A stretch of 63,749 bases of DNA, filler included, from an uncultured bacterium (GCA_964372275.1; 3 parts of 3 records of this genome joined end to end with filler, not necessarily neighbours in it), one strand, 5' to 3'; positions 19,249 through 30,578 are shown, numbered from the whole stretch's first letter. The notes: generated from the letters alone by a model not told the origin. Numbers and translations: made by a program.

Positions 19249-21378
19249 ATGACCCGACCCTCGAGATTCGCCCTCGCCTGGTGCGCGTTCGCCGCCGCCT
19301 GCTCGTCGCCTCCGGCGTCCGGACCGGACTGGGACCCGGAGGCGGACGCGATCCGATGCGCGTCGACGCTCGACGCGCCGTTGCTCGACGTGGCCCTTGC
19401 CGACGCGGAGATGACCCGAGACCAGGTCGGTTTCGACGAAGAGACCTGGCAAGGGGCCTCCTACCGCTCGGTGCTCGACGACCGGTTCCGGCTTCCGTGG
19501 TTCCGCGAGACGCACTGGGACGCGATCGACGGGTCCCCCTGCTTCGCGGCGCAGCTGTCGTTCGACCTCGATCACGCGATGCGCACGGCGCACCCGGTGG
19601 CGACCGCCCTGGGAGAGGCGATCGACCGGCTGGGGCGTTCGCCGGGCGGGAAGCCGCTGAACCCGGCGACGGCGAGGCAGGATCTCGTCGACCTCTCCGC
19701 GCTCCCCGGCGAGCTCCGGTCGGCGCTGGTCCCGATCCTCGCGGCTCTCGAGCGCGTCGCGGCGTCCCGCGAGACGCTCGCCGGCGGAGCGCCGGCCTCC
19801 GCAAACCAGATGGTCCAGTACGGCCACGGCGGCATCCTGGTCGACTACCGGGCGCAGCCCGACCTCACCGACGCGGAGGAGCAGGCCTGGGTCCTCAATC
19901 GCAAGGGGCCGGCCGTGCTGTACGACCCTGCCCGCGAGCTCGCCTTCGCGGTGGAGCACGCGGACCTGGAACGATTCGCCGGCCTTTCCGTCACATTCGA
20001 CGCGGAGAGCCCCGTCGGGCGGGTGGTGATCGCGGGTCCCGGCCCCGACGCTCCCGGCGACATCGGCAACGTCGCGCTCTACCTCGACCTCGGCGGGGAC
20101 GACGTCTACGTGCACCCGGCCGGCGCCAGCGGAGCCGACGTGCCGGGCGCCGTCCACGTCGACCTGGGCGGGAACGACCTCTACACCTACGAGACGACCG
20201 ACGAGACGTCCGGCCCGCTCCTCCCCGCCGACGCGGGGGGACGCTACGACGGTGACGGCTACTACGGCCGGTTCTCCCTTTCGCGCGTGGGTCGCCAGGG
20301 CTCCGGACGCTTCGGCGTCGGAATGCTCTTCGATCTCGGGGCCGGCGACGACCGCTACGAATCGCTGCGCGCCTCGCAAGGCTGGGGGGCGCTGGGCGTC
20401 GGCGTCCTCTACGACGACGGCGGGAACGACGCCTACCTCGGCGAGGCGGGGGTGCAGGGGGCGGCCTCGATGGGGATCGGGCTTCTAATCGACGCCGGCG
20501 CCGGCAACGACGTGCACCGGACCTTTGCGAACAGCCAGGGATTCGGATACCTGCGCGCAGTCGGCGCGGCGTGGGATGGCGGCGGCGCCGACGTGTGGTT
20601 CGCCGATCCGGGCGATCCGGACCTCGGCGGCACCCCGCTCTACTACTCGCCGCAGCTTCCGGAGGATGGGAACAGCAGCTTTTCCCAGGGGGCCGGCTTG
20701 GGGATGCGCAACGACGCCGCCGAGACCTTCCTGTCCGGCGGGCTCGGCGTGCTTCGGGACGTAGGGGGCGACGACGCCTACACCGCCAGCGTCTTCGGCC
20801 AGGGCACGGGCTATTGGCAGGGGACGGGGCTGCTCCTCGACGGCGAGGGGGCCGACACCTACGAGGCCCTCTGGTACGTCCAAGGGGGCGCCGCGCACTA
20901 CGCGATCGGGGCGCTCCTGGACGGAGGTTCCGGGAACGACCGCTTCAACCCCACCTTCATGCCGCGTGGTGTGCACATGGGAAGCGGGCACGACTTCTCG
21001 GTCGGGTTGTTGATCAACGACGCCGGAGACGACACCTACCGCTTCTCGGTGCTGGCGGCCGGCGCCAGCAACTGCCAGGGGATCGGTCTGTTCGTCGACA
21101 ACGACGGAGCCGACGCCTACCTCGCCGAAAGCGACTATGGCGTGGGGCTGGGCAATCACAGCGCCGAGTGCGACTCCTCCGCGCGCACCGTCGGACGCAG
21201 CGTCGGCCTGTTCCTCGACTCCGGCGGCGATGCCGACGCATGGACCTGGCCCGCGACCGACCGGGTCCCCGGCGACGACCGCACGTTCGGCCGCTCCTGG
21301 AGCGGCACCGGCGACGAGCACGGCGGCGCCGTCGACGGCGCCGGCGAAACGGCCTTTCGCGCGGCTCCGATCCGATGA
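19249..21378 (+). CDS. Hypothetical lipoprotein with ~12 D-x-x-G-D/N-D-x-Y repeats
   Basis: FAAAC lipobox; repeats such as LDLGGDDVY, VDLGGNDLY, RDVGGDDAY alternating with S/G-QGxG. Confidence 0.8.
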   Translation: MTRPSRFALAWCAFAAACSSPPASGPDWDPEADAIRCASTLDAPLLDVALADAEMTRDQVGFDEETWQGASYRSVLDDRFRLPWFRETHWDAIDGSPCFAAQLSFDLDHAMRTAHPVATALGEAIDRLGRSPGGKPLNPATARQDLVDLSALPGELRSALVPILAALERVAASRETLAGGAPASANQMVQYGHGGILVDYRAQPDLTDAEEQAWVLNRKGPAVLYDPARELAFAVEHADLERFAGLSVTFDAESPVGRVVIAGPGPDAPGDIGNVALYLDLGGDDVYVHPAGASGADVPGAVHVDLGGNDLYTYETTDETSGPLLPADAGGRYDGDGYYGRFSLSRVGRQGSGRFGVGMLFDLGAGDDRYESLRASQGWGALGVGVLYDDGGNDAYLGEAGVQGAASMGIGLLIDAGAGNDVHRTFANSQGFGYLRAVGAAWDGGGADVWFADPGDPDLGGTPLYYSPQLPEDGNSSFSQGAGLGMRNDAAETFLSGGLGVLRDVGGDDAYTASVFGQGTGYWQGTGLLLDGEGADTYEALWYVQGGAAHYAIGALLDGGSGNDRFNPTFMPRGVHMGSGHDFSVGLLINDAGDDTYRFSVLAAGASNCQGIGLFVDNDGADAYLAESDYGVGLGNHSAECDSSARTVGRSVGLFLDSGGDADAWTWPATDRVPGDDRTFGRSWSGTGDEHGGAVDGAGETAFRAAPIR

Positions 21379-21923
21379 GACGCCATCGGCACACGCACGC
21401 TGCACACCGTCCTCCTCGAAGCCCTGCCCACGAGCACCGCGCCGCCGGACCGCGCGGGACGACGGTGCAGATCGTGACCGTCTCCGACACCCGCACCGCC
21501 GCCGACGATCGCTCGGGGGCGACCTTGGCGGCGCTGTTCCGCGAGGCGGGGCACGAGGTGCGTCCGACGCGGATCGTCAAGGACGACGCCCGAGCGATCG
21601 CCGCCGCCGTACGGGCTGCGTCGAAGGACCCGGCGGTTCGGGCGATCGTGCTGAACGGCGGCACCGGCATCGCCCGCCGCGACACCACGATCGAGGCGGT
21701 CGCCCCGCTCCTCGACCGCGCGCTCCCGGGCTTCGGCGAGCTGTTCCGCCTCCTCTCCTGGGAAGAGATCGGCAGCGCGGCGTTCCTCTCGCGGGCGCTC
21801 GCCGGCACGCGGGGACGGCGGGTCGTCTTCGCGCTCCCCGGCTCGACCAACGCCGTGCGTCTCGCCGCCGAACGGCTGATCCTCCCCGAGCTCCCGCACC
21901 TGGTGCGCGAGCTGGACAAGTGA
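21375..21923 (+). CDS. moaB: Molybdenum cofactor biosynthesis protein MoaB/Mog
   Basis: TVSDTR, DRSG, GGTGIARRDTT, LPGFGELFR, FALPGS. Confidence 0.9.
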   Translation: MRRHRHTHAAHRPPRSPAHEHRAAGPRGTTVQIVTVSDTRTAADDRSGATLAALFREAGHEVRPTRIVKDDARAIAAAVRAASKDPAVRAIVLNGGTGIARRDTTIEAVAPLLDRALPGFGELFRLLSWEEIGSAAFLSRALAGTRGRRVVFALPGSTNAVRLAAERLILPELPHLVRELDK

Positions 21924-21990
21924 CGCCCCGGCGCGGTCGGCGCCCTTTACAAACGCGGTCCGGTCCACCATCCTTCGGCCCCTTTTCGCC

Positions 21991-22839
21991 GTGATCGTCG
22001 ACCTCCACAGCCACACCCAGGCGTCCGACGGACTGTTCTCCGCGGAGCGGCTGATCGCCGAAGCGGTGGAGCGGAAGGTCGACGTGCTCGCCGTCACCGA
22101 CCACGACACGCTCGACGGGATCGCGGCCGCGGAGGCGGCGGCCGCCGGCACGTCGCTCCGCGTCCTGCCGGGGATCGAGATCACCTGCCACGTCGACGCC
22201 ACCGAGATCCACCTCCTCGGTCTGGGGATCCGTCCGGCGGCCCCGGGATTGGCCGAATGGCTGCGCCTGTTGCGGGACCAGCGTGTCGAGCGGCTGCGCC
22301 GGATCGCCGCGGCGCTCGAAGCGTTGGGGATGGCGATCGACGTGACGCCGTACCTCGCGCCGGGCCGTGCCGGGACCGTCGGTCGGCCGCACATCGCGCG
22401 GCTCCTGGTCGAGAACGGGTACGCGCGCGGGTTCGACGACGCCTTCGACCGCTTCCTGAGCCCCGGACGCCCGGCGTTCGTCGAGCGGGTGCGGATGCCG
22501 GCCGACGAGGCGATCCGCCGCGTCCACGGCGCGGGCGGAGTCGCGGTGCAGGCGCATCCGGGACAGATGGGGGACGACCGCCACCTCGAGCGGCTCGTCG
22601 GGTGGGGGCTCGACGGCCTCGAGGTCTACCACCCGGACCACACGCCGGAGATGCGGCGCCGCTACGTCGACGCGGTCGACCGCTTCGGGCTGATCGCCAC
22701 CGGCGGCAGCGACTTCCATGGCGACAAGGGGCACGGCGCGCCGCTCGGCGTCGGACGCACGCCGGACGCCGAATGGAAGAAGATCGAAGTCCGGATCTCC
22801 CGCGCGTCGCGCGATCCCGGGAACTCCCCGGCCTGCTAG
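21991..22839 (+). CDS. PHP-domain phosphatase (YciV/TrpH-like)
   Basis: DLHSHTQASDG, AVTDHDT, GRPHIA, AHP, GGSDFHG. Confidence 0.92.
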   Translation: MIVDLHSHTQASDGLFSAERLIAEAVERKVDVLAVTDHDTLDGIAAAEAAAAGTSLRVLPGIEITCHVDATEIHLLGLGIRPAAPGLAEWLRLLRDQRVERLRRIAAALEALGMAIDVTPYLAPGRAGTVGRPHIARLLVENGYARGFDDAFDRFLSPGRPAFVERVRMPADEAIRRVHGAGGVAVQAHPGQMGDDRHLERLVGWGLDGLEVYHPDHTPEMRRRYVDAVDRFGLIATGGSDFHGDKGHGAPLGVGRTPDAEWKKIEVRISRASRDPGNSPAC

Positions 22840-22888
22840 ACTCCCCGGATGACGCGCGCCTCGCGCCGGCGCGCGCGGGGGGTCCTGC

Positions 22889-23395
22889 ATGCCGTCGTTC
22901 TCGCTCACCGTCAATGGCAGGCCGGTCACCGCCGACGCGCCCGCCGACATCCCGCTCCTTTGGTTCCTCCGTGAGACGCTGGGGCTGACCGGCACCAAGT
23001 TCGGCTGTGGAATCTCGTTGTGCGGCGCGTGCACCGTGCACCTCGACGGCACGCCGATCCGCTCGTGCATCACGCCGGCGGCGCCCGCCGCGGGAAAGTC
23101 GGTGACGACGGTCGAAGGGCTCTCGGAGGACCGGAGCCATCCGCTTCAGCGGGCGTGGATCGAACGGCAGGTGCCGCAGTGCGGCTACTGCCAGTCGGGA
23201 CAACTGATGTCGGCGGCGGCGTTGCTGGCCCGGAACCCGGCGCCGACCGACGCCCAGATCGACTCCGCCATGTCGGGGAACCTCTGCCGTTGCGGGACCT
23301 ATCCGCGGATCCGCGATGCGATCCACCGCGCCGCCGAGATGGCGCGCGCTCCGGCCGTGGGCCAGGATACCGCCGGGAAGGGGGAGCCGCGGTGA
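22889..23395 (+). CDS. Isoquinoline 1-oxidoreductase-type (2Fe-2S) small subunit, IorA-like
   Basis: [34 protein letters not shown]. Confidence 0.93.
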   Translation: MPSFSLTVNGRPVTADAPADIPLLWFLRETLGLTGTKFGCGISLCGACTVHLDGTPIRSCITPAAPAAGKSVTTVEGLSEDRSHPLQRAWIERQVPQCGYCQSGQLMSAAALLARNPAPTDAQIDSAMSGNLCRCGTYPRIRDAIHRAAEMARAPAVGQDTAGKGEPR

Positions 23396-25527
23396 GCGGC
23401 CCGGCGCGCCCGGTCCGTCTCTCCCGCCGCGCTTTCCTCGGCCATTCGGCGTGCGCCGGCTTCGCCCTGGGCGTCGCCGTCGCGTCGCGCCGCGCTCCGG
23501 CGCGGGCCGCCTCGAAAACGAAAGCGTTCGTTCCGAACGCCTGGCTCTCCGTCGGCGAGGACGACGCCGTCACCGTGATGCTCGGAAAGTCGGAGATGGG
23601 GCAAGGGGTGATGACGGCCCTCCCGATGCTCGTGGCGGAGGAGCTGCGCGCCGACTGGCGCCGCATCCGGGTGGAGCCGGCGCCGGCCGCGAAGGCCTAC
23701 GTAATGAAGGGGGACTTCGGCTACCAGGTGACCGGCGGCAGCACCTCGGTGAAGAGCTCGTGGGAACCGCTCCGGGAGGCCGGCGCCGCGGCGCGCGAGA
23801 TGCTGATCGCCGCCGCGGCCCGCCGGTGGAAGGTCGACCCGGAGAGCTGTCGGGCCGAAGACGGGGTGATCCACGGTCCCGGCGACCGGTCCGCCACCTT
23901 CGGCGAGCTCGCGGCCGCCGCGACCCGCGTGCCGGTCCCGAGACGCCCGCGCCGATTCGCGCCGTCGTCCTACGTGCTCGTCGGTCGATCGATCGACCGG
24001 CTCGACGTCCCGTCGAAGGTCGACGGGTCGGCCCGGTTCGGGATCGACGTGACGCGTCCCGGACTGCGGGTGGCGATGATCGCGCGCCCACCCGCGGCCG
24101 GCGCCACGATCGCCCGGCACGACGAGAAGGCGGCCCTCGCCGTCCCCGGCGTCCGCGCCGTCGTTCCGGTCGGTGACGGCATCGCGGTCGTGGCCGACGG
24201 AACGTGGGCGGCGCGCAAGGGGCGCGAGGCGCTGGCCGTCGCCTGGAACGCCGGACCGAACGCCGCGCTCGACGACGCGGAGATCCGCCGCCGGCTGGAG
24301 ACGGCGTCGAAGGGACGCGCCAAGGTCGTCCGCCGCGAGGGGGATCCCGACGCCGCCTTCGAGCGCGCAACGAAGTCGATCGAAGCGGTCTACGAGACAC
24401 CCCTGCTGGCGCACGCCACGATGGAGCCGCAGAACTGCACCGCCGACGCGCGGGAGGGGTTTTGCGAGGTCTGGGGGCCGGTGCAGAACCAGACCCTCGC
24501 CCTGGAGACCGCCGCCAAGCACGCCCGGCTTCCCAAGTCGGCGGTCCGGATCCACACCACGTTGCTCGGCGGCGGCTTCGGGCGGCGGCTCGAAGCCGAC
24601 TTCGTCGCCGAGGCGGTCCAGATCTCGCGGGTGATCCGGGAGCCGGTGAAGGTGGTCTGGACCCGCGAGGACGACATGCAGCACGACGTCTACCGTCCGC
24701 CGAGCCTGAACGTGATGCGCGCCGGACTCGACGCGGCGGGACTGCCTCTCGTCTGGACGCACGTCGTATCGAGCCCGTCGATCCTCCGGCGGATCGCGCC
24801 CTACGCGTCGAAGGTGATCACCGACCCCTTTGCCACCGACGGCGCGCGCCAGCTCCCGTACGACGTTCCGAACGTCCGCGTGGCCTGGGCCCGGGCCGAC
24901 CTTCCCCTGCCGTTCGGGTTCTGGCGATCGGTCGGCTACTCCAACAACAGCTACGTCGTGGAGTGTTTCCTGGACGAGGTGGCGGCCGCGGGGGGGTTCG
25001 ATCCGCTCGAGCTGCGCCGGCGGCTCTTGTCGTCGAAGCCGCGGCTGCGCGCCGTCCTCGAGCTCGCCGCCGCGAAGGCCGGCTGGGGAACGCCGCTCCC
25101 GGCAGGCCGCGCGCGCGGGATCGCGATCGCCGATTCGTTCGGGAGCGTGGTGGCGCAGGTGGCCGAGGTCTCCGTCGACGGGGGCGAGATCCGTGTCCAC
25201 CGCGTCGTGGTCGCGTACGATGCCGGAGCGATCGTGCATCCCGGGATCGTCGACGCGCAGATGCAGAGCGGCGTCGTCTTCGGCCTCACCGCCGCCATGC
25301 GGGGGCGGATCTCGGTCGCCGGCGGGGCGGTCGCAACCTCAAACTTTCACGACTATCCGTTGCTGCGGATGAAGGAGTGCCCGGTGATCGACGTGCACCG
25401 GGTGCCGAGCGACGAGGAGCACGGCGGGATCGGCGAACCGGGGGTGCCGCCGATCGCCCCCGCCGTCGCCAACGCCGTCTTCGCCGCGACGGGAAGGCCG
25501 GTGCGACGGCTCCCGATCGTTCCCTGA
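23392..25527 (+). CDS. Xanthine dehydrogenase-family molybdopterin subunit, IorB-like, with Tat signal
   Basis: SRRAFL, EMGQG, TGGSTS, AHATMEP, GGGFGRR, FWRSV, GGIGEPG. Confidence 0.93.
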   Translation: MSGPARPVRLSRRAFLGHSACAGFALGVAVASRRAPARAASKTKAFVPNAWLSVGEDDAVTVMLGKSEMGQGVMTALPMLVAEELRADWRRIRVEPAPAAKAYVMKGDFGYQVTGGSTSVKSSWEPLREAGAAAREMLIAAAARRWKVDPESCRAEDGVIHGPGDRSATFGELAAAATRVPVPRRPRRFAPSSYVLVGRSIDRLDVPSKVDGSARFGIDVTRPGLRVAMIARPPAAGATIARHDEKAALAVPGVRAVVPVGDGIAVVADGTWAARKGREALAVAWNAGPNAALDDAEIRRRLETASKGRAKVVRREGDPDAAFERATKSIEAVYETPLLAHATMEPQNCTADAREGFCEVWGPVQNQTLALETAAKHARLPKSAVRIHTTLLGGGFGRRLEADFVAEAVQISRVIREPVKVVWTREDDMQHDVYRPPSLNVMRAGLDAAGLPLVWTHVVSSPSILRRIAPYASKVITDPFATDGARQLPYDVPNVRVAWARADLPLPFGFWRSVGYSNNSYVVECFLDEVAAAGGFDPLELRRRLLSSKPRLRAVLELAAAKAGWGTPLPAGRARGIAIADSFGSVVAQVAEVSVDGGEIRVHRVVVAYDAGAIVHPGIVDAQMQSGVVFGLTAAMRGRISVAGGAVATSNFHDYPLLRMKECPVIDVHRVPSDEEHGGIGEPGVPPIAPAVANAVFAATGRPVRRLPIVP

Positions 25528-25572
25528 ACCACGGCACCGCCGTTCGTGTTACAAGCGGCGCCGGAGGTACGC

Positions 25573-26172
25573 ATGAGGGGACCGAAGGCGATCCTGGTGG
25601 CGGTCGCGATGCTTCCTGTCGCGCCGGCAGCCGAGGCGAAGGAGTACGGTGCGACCGGCACGCTCGAGCTCGGCGGCGCGCTGAATGCCGGCCGCACGAC
25701 GCAGGACTTCGAAGACAACACCGAAGGGTCGCGGACGTTCGTGCGCGTGTCGCCGATGGTCGGGTTGTTCCTCCTGCCCGGCATCCAGCTGGTCGCGACG
25801 GGCGAATGGGCGAACGAAAGCGAGACGTTCCCCGGCGACGAGGGAAGCAGCGAGGCCCGCCACGTCGGCCTCGGGGCGGGCGGCGCGATCCTGCTCCCGT
25901 TCGGGAAGGCGCGTCTCGGTCCGCAGCTCCTCCTCCACGGCAACAAGGTCGAGATCGAGACGAAGGTCGGGGACGAGACCGTCGACGTGGAAGGGACCGG
26001 GCCGGGCGCCAGTCTCTCGGGCGTGGTGAAGCTTCCGATCGGCTCCGGCGGGATCCTCGAAGGCGCCCTCGTCTTCCGCAGCGATCTGCTGGAGTACGAA
26101 TCCGGCGGTTCGTCGGTGAAGAGTTCCCGCACGTCGATCGGAACGCGCGTCGGCGTCAGCCTCTATTTCTGA
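25573..26172 (+). CDS. Putative outer-membrane beta-barrel protein
   Basis: Signal peptide, alternating amphipathic strands, C-terminal VSLYF. Confidence 0.75.
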   Translation: MRGPKAILVAVAMLPVAPAAEAKEYGATGTLELGGALNAGRTTQDFEDNTEGSRTFVRVSPMVGLFLLPGIQLVATGEWANESETFPGDEGSSEARHVGLGAGGAILLPFGKARLGPQLLLHGNKVEIETKVGDETVDVEGTGPGASLSGVVKLPIGSGGILEGALVFRSDLLEYESGGSSVKSSRTSIGTRVGVSLYF

Positions 26173-26217
26173 CCGGACGACCCGAGCCTATCCGGACTTC
26201 CACCTCCGAGGATCCGA

Positions 26218-26907
26218 ATGGACACCGCAACCGCCCTGATGGCCCTCCTGCTCTCGACCGGCGGCGCCGCCGTTTCGGCCGAGCCGCCCTCCGCCGCGCC
26301 CGCCGCCGTCGTCCCCCCCACGGCCGACGCCGAACCGGCCCGCCGTCCCCGTTCCATGGAGGACTACGCGATGCCGGGCCAGCTGGAGGCCGGTGGACTG
26401 TTCGAGCTCTCCAACGTCGTCGACGATCCCGAGACCGACGGCGACGACAAGCTCGTCACCAGCGTCGTTCGCGTGGCGCCGGTCGTCGGCTACTTCGCGA
26501 CGAAGCACCTGGAGTTTCTCGGCGAGCTCGACTTGCGGACGGTGACCGAGCGGGACGAGGAGTTCAGCGCCCACTCGGTTCGGACCGACGTCTCCGTCGG
26601 AGTCGGAGCCGGGTACTTCATCCGCATCGGAAACCTGCACGTCGGTCCCCGCGCGTTGGTCCGGATCCACATGGCGACCGTGGTGGTGAGCGGCGCCGAG
26701 CCGACCGGGCAGGACCTTCAGGGACCCGGAGCCCACGTCGGGCTCCAGGCGAAGGTCCCGGTGGGCGGCGGCGGCGTGGTCGCGATCGGCGTCGGCGTCG
26801 ACCGGGACCGGCTGCGCAGCTCGCTGTCCGGGTTCGGCGATCTCGACGACGACACCGGAACGCAGACGACCGTCGGGACCCAACTCGGGTTCCTGCTCTA
26901 CTTCTGA
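26218..26907 (+). CDS. Putative outer-membrane beta-barrel protein, paralog of the upstream gene
   Basis: Similar blocks [42 protein letters not shown]; ends LLYF. Confidence 0.75.
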   Translation: MDTATALMALLLSTGGAAVSAEPPSAAPAAVVPPTADAEPARRPRSMEDYAMPGQLEAGGLFELSNVVDDPETDGDDKLVTSVVRVAPVVGYFATKHLEFLGELDLRTVTERDEEFSAHSVRTDVSVGVGAGYFIRIGNLHVGPRALVRIHMATVVVSGAEPTGQDLQGPGAHVGLQAKVPVGGGGVVAIGVGVDRDRLRSSLSGFGDLDDDTGTQTTVGTQLGFLLYF

Positions 26908-27027
26908 TTCGGGCGGTCCGCCGACCGTCCGACGCCGAACGCTGATTCAAGGCTCAATCGACGCGTTCCGGCCCTTCCGCGCCGTCGCGCAATCCCGTTC
27001 CATCGCCGCCGATCGGAGGGTCGGTCC

Positions 27028-27417
27028 ATGGCGCATCGGAACGTCGTCGGTTTCGTCACGCTCGCGCTGGTCGTCGTCGCGGCCGCGGCCACGACCAATT
27101 GCGGTGGGGTCGCGAGCAACGCGACGACGATGGACGCGGATGGGGACGGCTGGGCGGCGGCCGACGACTGCGACGATACCGACCCCGGGATCCGCCCCGA
27201 CACCTACGAGCGGTGCGACGACGCCGTCGACAACGACTGCGATGCGCTCGTCGACGACGACGATCCCGACTGCGCCGGGGAGCCGGACGGAACGCCGGAC
27301 GAAACGCCGACCGCCAGCCCGACCTCCACCGTCCCCCCGACGCCGACCGCCACCCCGAGCGGCACCGCCGACCCGACCCAGACTGGGAGCGGGTGCCCCA
27401 GTCCCACCCCCACCTGA
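27028..27417 (+). CDS. Small exported protein with MopE-related putative metal-binding motif
   Basis: DADGDG..DCDDTDPGIRP..ERCDDAVDNDCDALVDD; Pro/Thr tail. Confidence 0.75.
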   Translation: MAHRNVVGFVTLALVVVAAAATTNCGGVASNATTMDADGDGWAAADDCDDTDPGIRPDTYERCDDAVDNDCDALVDDDDPDCAGEPDGTPDETPTASPTSTVPPTPTATPSGTADPTQTGSGCPSPTPT

Positions 27418-27487
27418 AGCGCCGAGATGGCCGGACCTTTGACGCGCCCGAGAGCCTGGGGTAGATCCCCCGGCTCCGGAGGTCCTC

Positions 27488-28861
27488 ATGCGCGGCGTCG
27501 TCCTCGTTGCCTCTCCTCTCCTTCTCCTCGCCGGCTGTTCGCGCGACGCGACGAAGGAGGACCTTTGCCGCGTCGAGACGATCGACGACCTCGACCCCGA
27601 CCCGAATGTGGTGGAGGTCGAGCTGGTGGCCGGACACCACGACTGGGATCCCGGGTCCGGAACCCCGATCCACGGCGTCGCCTACAACGGCTCGGTTCCG
27701 GGCCCGCTGATCGTGGCCGACGCAGGCGATACGGTGCGGGTTCACTTCCGGAACGAGATGACCGACATGGAGACGACCGTTCACTGGCACGGGCTACGGA
27801 TTCCGGACGCGATGGACGGCGTACCCGCGATCCAGACGCCGGTGCCGCCGGGAGGGTCGTTCGAGTACGAGTTCGTCGTCCCCGATCCCGGCTTCTACTG
27901 GTACCACCCGCACATGGACGGCGATCAGCTCATCGACCGCGGCCTCTTCGGGCTGTTCTGGGTGCGCGATCCCGCGGAGCCGGAGGTCGACTGCGATCTT
28001 CCGCTGGCCATCGACGACGCCGAGCTGGACGAGATCGGGCAGGTGGTGATGGCGCGTGGCAGCGAGCGCCACGGAACGCACTTCGGGAACACCGTCTTCG
28101 CCAACGCGCGCATCGACCGTCGCGTGCCGATCGCGCCCGGGGGAAACGTCCTGCTGCGGATCGTAAACGTCGCCAACGCCCGCTATTTCGACCTCGAGCT
28201 CGAGGAGCACACCCTCACGGTCGTCGCCACCGACGGCGGTTGGGTCGCGCCGTACGAGACCCGAAAGCTTCTGGTCGCTCCCGGGGAGCGCTACACCGTC
28301 TGGGTGCGCGGTACCGGCGAGCCCGGACGGCGCTACGCCCTGGTCAACTGGCGCGAGTACGTCGGGATGATGGACGACGATCCGCTCGGCAGCGGACCGA
28401 CGACGGTGCTGACCCTCGAGTACGGCGACGACCGGGTCGACGAGGCGTCCCCCGTCTTCCCGGCGCCGACCCTGCCGGAGGCGATCGCCGGCACGGTCGC
28501 GCACCGATACGAGCTCCAGGAGGGGATGCTCGACGGCAAGATGGTCTTCGCCATCGACGGAGCGGTCTGGCCCGACGCCGAACCGGTCGTCCTTCCTGGA
28601 AACGTCGAGACGACCCTCGAGTTCCGCAACGCCACGATGAGCCGCCATCCGATGCACCTGCACGGACAGCGTTTCCAGGTGGTGAAGGTGGACGGAGTGA
28701 TGGTGGATCGACGCGCCTGGAAGGACACCGTCGACGTCCAGCCCGGCTCGAAGGTTACCGTCGTGACCCCGCTCGACAACCCCGGCCGCTGGATGTTCCA
28801 CTGCCACATCCTCGAGCACGGCGAAGAGGGGATGATGTCCGAGCTCGTCGTTGCCCCGTGA
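27488..28861 (+). CDS. Multicopper oxidase lipoprotein
   Basis: LLAGC lipobox; HWHG, WYHPH, HPMHLHG, HCHILEH..GMM. Confidence 0.94.
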   Translation: MRGVVLVASPLLLLAGCSRDATKEDLCRVETIDDLDPDPNVVEVELVAGHHDWDPGSGTPIHGVAYNGSVPGPLIVADAGDTVRVHFRNEMTDMETTVHWHGLRIPDAMDGVPAIQTPVPPGGSFEYEFVVPDPGFYWYHPHMDGDQLIDRGLFGLFWVRDPAEPEVDCDLPLAIDDAELDEIGQVVMARGSERHGTHFGNTVFANARIDRRVPIAPGGNVLLRIVNVANARYFDLELEEHTLTVVATDGGWVAPYETRKLLVAPGERYTVWVRGTGEPGRRYALVNWREYVGMMDDDPLGSGPTTVLTLEYGDDRVDEASPVFPAPTLPEAIAGTVAHRYELQEGMLDGKMVFAIDGAVWPDAEPVVLPGNVETTLEFRNATMSRHPMHLHGQRFQVVKVDGVMVDRRAWKDTVDVQPGSKVTVVTPLDNPGRWMFHCHILEHGEEGMMSELVVAP

Positions 28862-28862
28862 G

Positions 28863-30578
28863 TCAGGTGTATTCGCGCGCTTCGAGGGCGGCGGCGCCGC
28901 GCCGGAGGGACTCCCCGGCGACGGCGGCGCTGACGAGGAGCACCAGCGCGTAGCTGGCGATGCAGATCGCCCATTGCGAGCCGGACAGCGCGTATCCGTA
29001 GAGCGCCGCGTCGTATAGGCGGTAGGTGGGATAGGCCTCCAGCGCGACGACCGCGCCGAGGTAGGCCAGGGCCGAGGCCATGTAGACCAGTCCCCCGAAA
29101 CCGGCGGCGACCTTGGCCGCGTTCTCCGCCTTGAAGTCGGGCATCCGGGCGCCGTATCCGACGGCGAGGGCGCAGACCGTCGCCGCGATCACCAGCGTGG
29201 TGAGCGATCCGGCGACCATCACCAGCGTGGTGGAGCGCAGCAGCACGTTCGACGCGATCGAGATCACCTGGCCCAGGAGCGCCAGCGGCAAGATCCCGGC
29301 GCCGAACTTCGCCCGCACCAGCTCCCGCGCCCCCATCGGCGAGGCGCGCAGGATCCAGATCCCGCGCCCCTCGACCGAGACCGCCGGATACAGGAATCGC
29401 GCCGCGACCGCGGCCAGGACGAAGCCGCTCATCCCCAGATTCAAGAAGGCGACGGCGTTGCGGTAGGTGGCGGTCGGGAAGTCGAGCGCGTCGAACGGAA
29501 GGGCGTGGATGCTGAGCAGGTAGATCGCGATCAGCGCCAGGAGAAGCAGCAACTGGCTCCACTGACCGGCATCGCGGAAGAAGACGCGCGCGTCCTTGGC
29601 CAACACCGCCCCACCCCGGGGGCCGAGGAGACGCGCCGCCATCCGGGCGAGCCATTCGCCGCGGAAACGATGCAGGTGCGCCCGGCGGCCCTCCTGCGCT
29701 TTCGACCAGCCGGAGAAGTAGGCGGCGGAGACGATCCATGCCGCCGAGAAGACGGCCGCGCCGGCGGTGAGCAGGAGGTTCGTCGCCGGAATCAGGCTCC
29801 CGCCGCGCCCCCGCATCGCCAGCGTCAGCGCGCGCGACGCCCACGTCGAGGGGAACCACTCCTCCTGCGGCATCGACAGCTCGCCGATGAACTCCGCGAG
29901 GGTGGAGAAGGCGTTCGGGTCGACGAGCCGCTCCGGTCGGATCGCGCGGATCAGCAGGAAGACGCCGGCGAGGAAGACGCCGCTCAGGATCACCAGCAGG
30001 TCGCGGGCGCGCCTCGCGGGAAAGACGTTCACCAGGACGGTGGTGACGACGACCGAGACCGACGCGGGGATCAGGAAGTAGGCGGGGAGCACCGCCGCCG
30101 CGAGGAGATAGAAGCTCGAGCCCGACCCGTGCACGGTGCCGTAGGCGAACAGCACCGGCAGTCCGAACAGGAGGACCATCCAGGAGCTGGTGGCCACCGT
30201 CTGCGCCAGTCGCGCGTAGAAGAAGCGCAGCGGATCGATCGGCGCCGCGTTCACCATCGCCAGGTCGTCGGAGAGGTAGAAGGTGGCGAGGCTCGAGACG
30301 ACGTTGGAAAAGAGGAGGATCCCGAAGAAGGAGAGGAGGAACAGCGACAGAAGCCGGTCGACGAGGAATTCGCCGAACAACTCGATCCCGTAGCAGACCT
30401 CGACCAGGAACCGGATCCCGAAGAACAGTCCGACCCAGACGGCGATCACCAGGATGGTGGCCGCGGCAACCCATCCGCGGCCGCGGCGGTCGAGGCGGCG
30501 GAGGCGGTTCGCGAGGGAGCGGACGTGCGGATAGAGGAGGGAGGACGGGGGGATGGGAACTGAAAATGGAAAATTCAA
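28863..30578 (-). CDS. Putative ABC exporter permease (start uncertain, TTG inside repeat element)
   Basis: Many hydrophobic segments, KDARVFFRD and PAVSVEGRGIWIL motifs; downstream of an ABC ATPase. Confidence 0.85.
   Translation of the reverse strand: MNFPFSVPIPPSSLLYPHVRSLANRLRRLDRRGRGWVAAATILVIAVWVGLFFGIRFLVEVCYGIELFGEFLVDRLLSLFLLSFFGILLFSNVVSSLATFYLSDDLAMVNAAPIDPLRFFYARLAQTVATSSWMVLLFGLPVLFAYGTVHGSGSSFYLLAAAVLPAYFLIPASVSVVVTTVLVNVFPARRARDLLVILSGVFLAGVFLLIRAIRPERLVDPNAFSTLAEFIGELSMPQEEWFPSTWASRALTLAMRGRGGSLIPATNLLLTAGAAVFSAAWIVSAAYFSGWSKAQEGRRAHLHRFRGEWLARMAARLLGPRGGAVLAKDARVFFRDAGQWSQLLLLLALIAIYLLSIHALPFDALDFPTATYRNAVAFLNLGMSGFVLAAVAARFLYPAVSVEGRGIWILRASPMGARELVRAKFGAGILPLALLGQVISIASNVLLRSTTLVMVAGSLTTLVIAATVCALAVGYGARMPDFKAENAAKVAAGFGGLVYMASALAYLGAVVALEAYPTYRLYDAALYGYALSGSQWAICIASYALVLLVSAAVAGESLRRGAAALEAREYT

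Noticed and set aside
25534-25549. GGCAC motif before the first beta-barrel gene as a sigma54 promoter
   Set aside because: The -12 position reads TTCG rather than TTGC.
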